Source: Candidatus Woesearchaeota archaeon
GTDB lineage: Archaea > Nanobdellota > Nanobdellia > Woesearchaeales > GW2011-AR4
DNA length: 46,088 bases
NCBI GenBank assembly: GCA_002686855.1
Contig: NYYQ01000007.1
Coordinates: 1 to 46,088 of the forward strand
Direction: 5' to 3'
Shown in pieces: positions 27,155 through 34,881 of the stretch. The position numbers and the translations under genes are program-made. Below the pieces are notes generated by a model, which was given only the letters and a program-made list of their open reading frames with translations, was not told the origin of the DNA and made no database searches. Within the stretch, counting starts at the first letter, position 1. Each line of letters starts with the position of its first letter.

Positions 27155-28363
27155 TTAAGCCTTTACCTCGGACTCAATCTCTTTCTTGACGGCAGTTTGC
27201 TCAAGCCCTGCCTCTTTGCGCAGGGTGTCTGCCATATCTGTTTTCTCCCAGGTAAAGTCCTTATCTTCCCTGCCAAAATGCCCATAAGCTGCAGTCTTTT
27301 GGAAAATGGGTCTTTTAAGGTCCAGATTTTTTACAATAGCTTTTGGCCTTAGGTCAAATACTTTGTTAACAGCCTCAACAATTTTTTCTTCCTTGACTTT
27401 TGAGGTTCCGAAAGTGTCTACGTTAACGGAAGTTGGTTTTGAGATTCCAATAGAATAACTTAGCTGGACTTCACACTTTTCTGCGAGATCTGCTGCCACA
27501 ACATTTTTTGCTACATACCTTGCCATGTATGCGCCAGACCTGTCAACTTTTGATGAATCCTTTCCTGAGAAAGCCCCACCACCATGCCTTCCAAGGCCTC
27601 CGTAAGTATCTACAACAATTTTCCTTCCTGTAAGTCCAGAATCACCGTGCGGACCGCCAATAACAAATTTTCCGGTTGCATTTATGTAAATTTTTGTATT
27701 GTCATCAATCCAATCTCCGCAAACATCATCTATGACTTTTTCCCTTATTTCCTCTCTCAATTCTTCTTCAGAAACTGTCTCAAGGTGTTGTTGAGCTATA
27801 ACAATGGCAGTAATTTTTTTTGGCTTGCCATCCTCATACTTAACAGAAACTTGGGATTTTCCATCAGGACCAAGTTGCTTAATAGCTCCAGACCTTCTTA
27901 CTTCTGCAAGCTTTGCAGTTAATTTGTGAGCCATGATAATCGGGAATGGCATAAGCTCAGGAGTTTCCTTGCATGCAAAACCAAACATCATTCCCTGGTC
28001 ACCAGCTCCCTGATCAAGATCATCTCCAGAGCCTTCATCCACTCCCTGAGCAATATCAGCAGATTGTTCGTGCAAAGCGCTCCATACTCCACAGTCTTCA
28101 TGATGAATTCCAAACCTAGCATCAGTATAGCCAATTTTTTCCAAAGTTTTTCTTACTAATTTTTGTATGTCAACATAAGCTTTGGTTCTTGCTTCTCCTG
28201 CAACATGCACTGAGCCAGTAGTAGTTAAGCATTCAGCTGCGCATCTTGATTCTGGGTCTTGTCTTAACATTTCATCAAGAATAGCATCACTTATCTGGTC
28301 ACAAATCTTATCCGGATGACCTTCTGTCACACTTTCAGATGTAAAAAATTCAACTTTTACCAT
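27155..28363 (-). CDS. metK: S-adenosylmethionine synthetase, bacterial/eukaryotic type
   Basis: [35 protein letters not shown] motifs; GAGGTG SD before ATG 28363. Confidence 0.9.
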   Translation of the reverse strand: MVKVEFFTSESVTEGHPDKICDQISDAILDEMLRQDPESRCAAECLTTTGSVHVAGEARTKAYVDIQKLVRKTLEKIGYTDARFGIHHEDCGVWSALHEQSADIAQGVDEGSGDDLDQGAGDQGMMFGFACKETPELMPFPIIMAHKLTAKLAEVRRSGAIKQLGPDGKSQVSVKYEDGKPKKITAIVIAQQHLETVSEEELREEIREKVIDDVCGDWIDDNTKIYINATGKFVIGGPHGDSGLTGRKIVVDTYGGLGRHGGGAFSGKDSSKVDRSGAYMARYVAKNVVAADLAEKCEVQLSYSIGISKPTSVNVDTFGTSKVKEEKIVEAVNKVFDLRPKAIVKNLDLKRPIFQKTAAYGHFGREDKDFTWEKTDMADTLRKEAGLEQTAVKKEIESEVKA

Positions 28364-28507
28364 TTTACCGCACCTCAACTTATTTTTTTGTTAATCCTTT
28401 TTTATTATAAATTTCTATTTTTGAAAGTATAATCCCGCATATTATTAATAAGTTACTGTTAAAAATATTCCGAAAGGAATAAATACTATAGATTTATTCC
28501 GGTCATT

Positions 28508-29053
28508 ATGCCATACGAATTAAGTGAAATTAAGAAAATAAGGAAGAATTTAGGATTAACACAGTCACAACTATCAAAAAAAGCCAATGTTTCTCAAAGC
28601 CTAATAGCTAAAATAGAATCAGGAAAAATTGACCCAACATTTACAAAAACAAAGAAAATATTCCAGACTTTAAATGATATGGAAAAGAAAGAGGAAATAA
28701 AAGCAGAAGAAGCCATGAATAAAAAAATTATCAGTGTAGATCCAAATGAAGATATTAAAAATTCTATAAGCAAAATGAAGAAATTTAATATTTCCCAGAT
28801 GCCTGTTATTGACAACAATAAGGCAATCGGTTTAATATCCGAATCAACCTTGTTAGACTCATTAATGGATAAGAAAGGAAAGAAAGTAGAGGACATCATG
28901 GAAGAAGCCCCTCCAACAATCTCAAAAACAGCATCTATTCAAATAATCTCAAGCTTATTGCACCATTACCCAATGGTTTTAGTCTCAGAATCTGGCAAAT
29001 TAATTGGCTTGATAACAAAAGCTGATTTACTGGGGAAGTTGTATAGGAGTTAA
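28508..29053 (+). CDS. XRE-type HTH plus CBS-pair regulator
   Basis: LGLTQSQLSKKANVSQSLIAKIESGK HTH; two CBS repeats in the C-terminal part. Confidence 0.8.
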   Translation: MPYELSEIKKIRKNLGLTQSQLSKKANVSQSLIAKIESGKIDPTFTKTKKIFQTLNDMEKKEEIKAEEAMNKKIISVDPNEDIKNSISKMKKFNISQMPVIDNNKAIGLISESTLLDSLMDKKGKKVEDIMEEAPPTISKTASIQIISSLLHHYPMVLVSESGKLIGLITKADLLGKLYRS

Positions 29054-29988
29054 CTCAAATCTCCAACCTTCCCAAACCCATACAACTTATCACCAACAAC
29101 AACAGCTTTAAAATTCCTTAAATTATTCTTCAAAAAAGGACTTAAAACTTTCTCTTTCATGATATCACTGCCTTCTGTAACTAAATTAAAAGAAGGCAAT
29201 ACAATCAAATTCTTCCTTTTCCATTTCCCAATTAAAAAGGCTTTAAACAACTCTACCCTGGGACCTTCTTTAATAGAAACAGCAGGGTGCTCATGACCAA
29301 TTATAATCGTAGATACATCTTTCAAAAGATTTTTATCAGGGATTTTATCCCCATGAATTATCAGAATATTATTTTTTTCGTTTTTTAATAATTTTTTTCC
29401 AATTGTTTCTTTTTCCAATGTTAATTTTTCAATGATTTTCAATGATTTTAGGCTTAATTGTTTTTTTTGAAATTTTTTTATTGACTTATCTTTATTATTG
29501 GATTTACTGATTATTGATAAATTTTTTATTGATTTTCCTTTATTGGAATTTTTAATTATTGGCTCAATAACAAAGCCATCCACAACGTTAACATCCCTTT
29601 TCTTTGCTATAGGACCTAATATAGTATCATGATTGCCTTTAATCAATACAATTTCCTTACAATGCTGCCTCAAATAATCCAATAACCTCAAGGTATGCCT
29701 CCATTCCTGCTCAGAAATCCTGCCAAATTCGTGCTTTAAGTCTCCATTAATAATGATTTTTTCAATACTTATGGAGTTGGTGCCGGATTTAATCCGAGCA
29801 TTTTTTCCTTTTAATCTGGAAAATATACAATCTAGTCTTTTAATTACCTCAGGAAAATGGAATCTAGGGACCATAACACCTTGCTTATTCAACATTTCTT
29901 CATAACCAATATGGAAATCTGAAAAAATCAGGCAATTATTCACATATACTCCAAGATCTATAAGTTCAATATCATCAAAAAGCTTCAT
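29050..29988 (-). CDS. calcineurin-like metallophosphoesterase with K/S/N-rich insertion
   Basis: DFHIGYEE, NGDLKHEF, GNHD, HGD, GHEH motifs; insertion NSNKGKSIKNLSIISKSNNKDKSIKKFQKK encoded by AT-rich repeats (about 29400-29560). Confidence 0.75.
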   Translation of the reverse strand: MKLFDDIELIDLGVYVNNCLIFSDFHIGYEEMLNKQGVMVPRFHFPEVIKRLDCIFSRLKGKNARIKSGTNSISIEKIIINGDLKHEFGRISEQEWRHTLRLLDYLRQHCKEIVLIKGNHDTILGPIAKKRDVNVVDGFVIEPIIKNSNKGKSIKNLSIISKSNNKDKSIKKFQKKQLSLKSLKIIEKLTLEKETIGKKLLKNEKNNILIIHGDKIPDKNLLKDVSTIIIGHEHPAVSIKEGPRVELFKAFLIGKWKRKNLIVLPSFNLVTEGSDIMKEKVLSPFLKNNLRNFKAVVVGDKLYGFGKVGDLS

Positions 29989-30057
29989 AAGAAAAAGAAT
30001 TTTTTAGAGATATAAATATATTATTAATTAAAAAAGAAAAAAAAGAAAAAAATATCC

Positions 30058-30417
30058 TTATTCAGGATTTTGTCCCATTACCCAAATTTCCTTCAAAGCA
30101 ACAACTAGTGTTGCAGGGACAACAAAGGCCATTATTTGTCCTAAGACATTTTGTAGGTATACACCTACCTGACCAATTGTTAATCTTTCTAGGGCTCCAG
30201 GTGCCATTGAACTGACAATTACTAATACTGTAGCTACAAGTAGGAATTCTTTTGTCTCTTTACCAGTTACATTTAGGTATCCGACTACCAAACCTAACAA
30301 AACCAGTAAGGATACTAACCATACTGCATTAGCTCCTATAGCATCAGATGCCAGGCCAAGCACAATTGCAATTATTACTCCTCCAATGAAAGAGTAATGA
30401 CCTATTTTTTGTTCCAC
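30058..30417 (-). CDS. small membrane protein (about 4 TM)
   Basis: GTG start at 30417 with perfect GGAGGTGA SD 6 nt upstream; hydrophobic throughout. Confidence 0.6.
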   Translation of the reverse strand: MEQKIGHYSFIGGVIIAIVLGLASDAIGANAVWLVSLLVLLGLVVGYLNVTGKETKEFLLVATVLVIVSSMAPGALERLTIGQVGVYLQNVLGQIMAFVVPATLVVALKEIWVMGQNPE

Positions 30418-30590
30418 TTGGTTTCACCTCCAAAGTATTTTTTTATTATGTTGCCTATAATTGGCATTGATAATCAACTAATTGATTGCCAACTATATAA
30501 ATGTTTCGGTCATTGATTATCAATAATAGTAATCTTTATATATAACCAATGGTTGTGTACTCTCTATTGCCATATCAGGAGTATAATAAG

Positions 30591-31202
30591 ATGTTTAACC
30601 GGGAAACTCAGAATAAAATAATCGATTTCATTAAGACAAGCCCAATAGGAGTTACTTCTACTGAAATTGCAAAATCAATTGGTCTTAACCGCATGACCAT
30701 GACAAAATACCTTGCAATTATTAAAGAAAAGGCCCTAATTGACTTTAAACAGTTTGGAATGTCTAAATTGTGGTATATTCCAGTAAATCTCAGCAAAGAG
30801 AGCTTTTTAAGCAAAATAATGGATTATATGGCTAAAAATTTGCCTAAAGAACAGCTTAAAGGCATTTCAGAGAAGGTTGGAATAAGCCTTGGAGAAGAGA
30901 TTAATAAGATGTATCTGCAGTTTTATGGCGCTAAAAAATTAAGTTTTGACCAGATATGCAGTACATATGAAGAAATTGGAAAAAAGCTAGGCGGCAATTT
31001 TAAAATAACTTCACAACCAGAAAAGATCTCTGTAGAGATTACACAGTCACCATTTGAAGAGAAAAATATACTGATAATGAATAAAATACTATCTGCGGTT
31101 TTTACAAAGATAGCTTCCTTAAACTTAGGTTATGCTCGCGCTTTAGTTTCAGAGCCAGAAAAAGAAGAAAATGCCGTTATCGAAGTGTTTTTGAAGAAGT
31201 GA
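30591..31202 (+). CDS. wHTH transcriptional regulator with C-terminal sensor-like domain
   Basis: VTSTEIAKSIGLNRMTMTKYLAIIKEKALI HTH; ATG 30591 (AGGAG upstream) preferred, 30549 possible. Confidence 0.55.
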   Translation: MFNRETQNKIIDFIKTSPIGVTSTEIAKSIGLNRMTMTKYLAIIKEKALIDFKQFGMSKLWYIPVNLSKESFLSKIMDYMAKNLPKEQLKGISEKVGISLGEEINKMYLQFYGAKKLSFDQICSTYEEIGKKLGGNFKITSQPEKISVEITQSPFEEKNILIMNKILSAVFTKIASLNLGYARALVSEPEKEENAVIEVFLKK

Positions 31203-31250
31203 GATAAAGAATAATATAAGATTGTATTTTATGGTTGGATGATAATTAGG

Positions 31251-32099
31251 TCAACTCCTCAAGAGATCTTGGAATAAAAGCTCGTACAATTTCCTTTCTG
31301 CATTAGCTGCCCTCCGACTATCTAATAGGATCAGTGATTCATCTAATTCTTCTGCAACTTCTTCATCTAAATGTGAGTTCCAGTATAGAGCCCTATTTCC
31401 ATCTGTTCCAGGAGTAGTTGCAAACAAATGATCTGCTCCGCCAATAGGTAAAACTATGTGCCCGGGTAAGGTCACTGAATTTGGATAAGAGATAAGTGTT
31501 CCTGTCTTCTCTGAACTACCTACTCCATATATAATTCCAACTTGAGGTTCCCTCTCCTTTCCGGCAAATTTCCCTAAATACCGATTTCCAGTCCATAATG
31601 CAACTCCTAATGGAGTCTCAAGACCATAAATATTACCCTCGGCATTTAGTTCACTCTGGAACTCAGCATACTCCTTTCGACTAACACCCGCAAAAGCCAA
31701 GGCTTCTGACCCTTGATCAATATTACACCTCATACTTCTTACAGTTGCTTTTTTGATATCTGGCACCCCATTTTTGTCTCGAGCAACTAGAATCAAACCA
31801 GCACGATTCCTGGAAGGGTCATTATTAACAACAGATTCAACAGTATCTTCCAAATCATCCATTCTTACTTGACCGGTTATAGTAGCAGGAGCACTGTATA
31901 ATCCTTCTCTTAGAGATACGTCAAACTTATCACTACAATTACCTGGGTAAGTAGTTGTTACCATCGCCTGATGCCCATAAAAAATATGCTGCTGTGCATC
32001 AGAACCGGCTGCTAATACTACAACGTACGGGATAGATTGTCCCTTTACTATGCTAGACCTCTTGAATGCTATAGATACTGGATTGTTTGCTCCTACCAT
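31251..32099 (-). CDS. hypothetical protein (ORFan, G+C-richer)
   Basis: Long ORF; TATA TTTATAAAG about 30 nt upstream of ATG 32099; no motif recognised. Confidence 0.5.
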   Translation of the reverse strand: MVGANNPVSIAFKRSSIVKGQSIPYVVVLAAGSDAQQHIFYGHQAMVTTTYPGNCSDKFDVSLREGLYSAPATITGQVRMDDLEDTVESVVNNDPSRNRAGLILVARDKNGVPDIKKATVRSMRCNIDQGSEALAFAGVSRKEYAEFQSELNAEGNIYGLETPLGVALWTGNRYLGKFAGKEREPQVGIIYGVGSSEKTGTLISYPNSVTLPGHIVLPIGGADHLFATTPGTDGNRALYWNSHLDEEVAEELDESLILLDSRRAANAERKLYELLFQDLLRS

Positions 32100-32147
32100 T
32101 TTCAATATCTTGAAAGGTCAAAGGTTTTCTTTATAAACTTTTCTATC

Positions 32148-32203
32148 TTTATCTTCTAAAAAGTAGTGAAATATATGGCCTAATTTATCTTCTAAAAAGT
32201 AGT
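32148..32203. repeat. 20-nt perfect direct repeat, two copies
   Basis: tttatcttctaaaaagtagt at 32148-32167 and 32184-32203 in the divergent intergenic region. Confidence 0.8.
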
Positions 32204-32302
32204 AAAAAAATACTAAAATAACTAACCCAAAATAACCGAAAAACAATAGAAAAATTTAAAAACAAGGTTAAAATCTACTAGATACTCAGTCTAATAATTA
32301 AA

Positions 32303-32515
32303 ATGGAATACAATAAATTTGAACATGCAAGGATTGTAGGATCAAGAGCATTGCAAATTTCGCAAGGAGCTCCTTTACTAATCAAACTTTCTGAAAAAGA
32401 CCTTGAGCGGATAGGCTACAATACTTTAGAGATAGCAAAAATGGAATTCAAGGAAGGCCTTATTCCTATAACTATAAAAAGAAGGCAAAGTGAAGACAAA
32501 AAACAGGAAAAGTGA
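32303..32515 (+). CDS. rpoK: DNA-directed RNA polymerase subunit K (Rpo6)
   Basis: ARIVGSRALQISQGAP signature. Confidence 0.85.
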   Translation: MEYNKFEHARIVGSRALQISQGAPLLIKLSEKDLERIGYNTLEIAKMEFKEGLIPITIKRRQSEDKKQEK

Positions 32516-32520
32516 TTTCT

Positions 32521-32760
32521 ATGGGACGTATTAAAACAGTTTTGGTTAAAAGAGTTACAAAGCAGTTAGTAAAAGAACACGCAGATGAATTTAGCGAAGA
32601 TTTTACCAAGAACAAGGAAGTTCTAGCAAAATATGCTAAAATAGAATCTCCAAAATTAAGAAATGTTGTTGCTGGTTATGTTTCAAGACTTATTAAGCAA
32701 GCAAAAGAAGGCAAAGTAAGAAGAAGCATCCACAAAGAAGATATTTCTAGGTTTTATTAG
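32521..32760 (+). CDS. rps17e: 30S ribosomal protein eS17
   Basis: MGRIKTVLVKRVTKQL...DFTKNK...KLRNVVAGYVSRL. Confidence 0.85.
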   Translation: MGRIKTVLVKRVTKQLVKEHADEFSEDFTKNKEVLAKYAKIESPKLRNVVAGYVSRLIKQAKEGKVRRSIHKEDISRFY

Positions 32761-33232
32761 TGAATTTTTCTTCCAGTTTTTTCTCAACTATACCAGGAAC
32801 TAAACCATTTAATTTACTGCCAAACATTGCCATTTCCTTTACAATGCTTGAGTTTAAATAAACATAATGCTCTTTAGTCATGATGAAGATTGTTTCAATC
32901 TGGTCATCTACAACCCTGTTCATCAATGCTCTCTGGAATTCGAAATCAAAATCTGAAACAGCTCTTAGGCCTCTGATTATTATTTTTGAGTTTTTGCTTT
33001 TTACATAATCCAGCAATAAGCCAGAAAAAAAATCAATCTCTATATTTTTCGAGTCTTTCGTGCTTTCTTTTAACATCTCTAGCCTTTCTTCTGTTGTAAA
33101 AGTAGGCTCTTTTCCAGGATTGTCTCCTATTGCAACTACCACCTTATCAAATATCTTCAAAGCTCGTTTAATCACATCAATATGCCCATTAGTTACAGGG
33201 TCAAAGCTTCCTGGATAAACTGCGGTTTTCAT
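32747..33232 (-). CDS. coaD: phosphopantetheine adenylyltransferase, bacterial type
   Basis: AVYPGSFDPVTNGHIDVIKRA; 161 aa; 14-nt convergent overlap with rps17e. Confidence 0.85.
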   Translation of the reverse strand: MKTAVYPGSFDPVTNGHIDVIKRALKIFDKVVVAIGDNPGKEPTFTTEERLEMLKESTKDSKNIEIDFFSGLLLDYVKSKNSKIIIRGLRAVSDFDFEFQRALMNRVVDDQIETIFIMTKEHYVYLNSSIVKEMAMFGSKLNGLVPGIVEKKLEEKFTNKT

Positions 33233-33267
33233 AAGCTAAGGTATTAGTTATTGGTTTTTAAGGGTTT

Positions 33268-33897
33268 TTATCTTATACTGTTAAGAATTGAGATTATATC
33301 CTTAACTTGTTTCTTGGAATGATCTAAATCTTTGCTGTTATCAACAACAAAACCAGCCCTTTTTATTTTCCCTCTTAATGGCATCTGAGATTTAATTATC
33401 TGCTCAATCTCTTTTTTTGAATATTTTTTATTTTTTAATAATCGTTTTATTTGTTCTTTTTTACTGCATTTAACCACAATTATTTTATCAACCAGCTTTT
33501 GCGCTTTAGCTTCTATAAGCAATGGAGCATCAATTATTATTTTATTTTTATTTTTTATTTTTAATAAGTTTTTTTCATTAATTTTTTTATTCATTGTTTT
33601 TCTCTTATAATGTTTTTTTATTTTATTGATTTCTTTTTTTATTGATTTTATTATAATTGGGTGTGTTATTACATTTAATCTCTTTAATTTCTTATAATCC
33701 TTAAAAACAATTTTTTTAATTTTATCCCTGTTTAATGTTTTAAATTCTTCTAAAATTTTTTTCCTCAATGGTTTTTCATTTTCATACAAACCATGATATA
33801 ATTTATCTGCATTAATGACCCTAAAACCATGTTTCTTAAACATATTTGCAACAGTTGTTTTTCCTGATCCAAAGCTTCCTGTTATTCCGATTATCAT
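33268..33897 (-). CDS. coaE: dephospho-CoA kinase, bacterial type, with K-rich insertion
   Basis: IIGITGSFGSGKTTV P-loop, VINADKL, IIDAPLLIE; insertion encoded by the AT-rich repeat (about 33540-33660). Confidence 0.75.
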   Translation of the reverse strand: MIIGITGSFGSGKTTVANMFKKHGFRVINADKLYHGLYENEKPLRKKILEEFKTLNRDKIKKIVFKDYKKLKRLNVITHPIIIKSIKKEINKIKKHYKRKTMNKKINEKNLLKIKNKNKIIIDAPLLIEAKAQKLVDKIIVVKCSKKEQIKRLLKNKKYSKKEIEQIIKSQMPLRGKIKRAGFVVDNSKDLDHSKKQVKDIISILNSIR

Positions 33898-33921
33898 TTT
33901 TCCTCAATAATTAGATTTCTT

Positions 33922-34806
33922 TCATGCCAAATAGTTCTTATTTTTACTGATAAAAAGCTTAACAAAAAACCTCAAAAAGTGTTTTTCATTTTCCCATAAT
34001 TGGGATGTTTCTAGGCTCCTGTAATAAGCTTTTCTGGTTTTGTAAGGTATATTTAACATAGGGTAGTTTCCATGAAATAAAACAAAATTTACCAATAATC
34101 TGCTTATTCTTCCATTTCCATCTGTAAAAGCATGGATAGTTACAAATTTTAAATGCACTAAGGCAGCAAATTCAACAGGATTATAATTATCTTTATTTTT
34201 ATTATACCATTTAATAAAATCCCTTAACAGTTCATCTAAATTTTCTGGATGGGGAAAGCTTACTCTGCTTCCAGTTACCATGATTTTATGCAGCCTTATT
34301 TTTCCTGCTATATCCGATTGTGATTGCTTAAAAATTAATGAATGCAGGTTGCAAATATTTCTGAGAGTGAGATTTTTTAAGTTCATCATTTCCCTGAAAG
34401 CCAGTTCATAACCTTCAGTTTCCCTTACATCGTTAATTGGCTTGTTTTTAGGAGTAATTCCGTACAAAAATAAATCTGCAGTATCCCTATAAGAAAGAGA
34501 GCTTCCTTCTATTTTGTTGGAATCATAAATAAATTCTATTTTAAAAGAATCAAGAAATTGTTTTTTTGTTTTTTTAGGCAGGTTTTTTAGCTCTTTTGCA
34601 TAATTTTTCTTGATTTTAATTAATTGGGATTTCCATTTATCCTGCATGACTTTAATTTCTATATCCTTGATTAGCTTGTCTATGTTATCAGGCTTAGTTC
34701 TGCCTAAATACTTGCTTATTCCCTTTACTTTATTGCCTACTTTGTATCTATGTTCTAAGTAATAATAATGCTTATTATTGATTTTTCTTCTTTTTATAAC
34801 TGCCAT
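33922..34806 (-). CDS. Fic-domain protein
   Basis: HAFTDGNGRISRLL equals the HxFx(D/E)GNGRxxR Fic motif. Confidence 0.8.
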   Translation of the reverse strand: MAVIKRRKINNKHYYYLEHRYKVGNKVKGISKYLGRTKPDNIDKLIKDIEIKVMQDKWKSQLIKIKKNYAKELKNLPKKTKKQFLDSFKIEFIYDSNKIEGSSLSYRDTADLFLYGITPKNKPINDVRETEGYELAFREMMNLKNLTLRNICNLHSLIFKQSQSDIAGKIRLHKIMVTGSRVSFPHPENLDELLRDFIKWYNKNKDNYNPVEFAALVHLKFVTIHAFTDGNGRISRLLVNFVLFHGNYPMLNIPYKTRKAYYRSLETSQLWENEKHFLRFFVKLFISKNKNYLA

Positions 34807-34881
34807 ATTGTATAGTTACCCTTACTTTTTTATAAATTTTACTGTTTTTTGCAGAAAGTAGGGGTAAGTTTTTGATATTAT

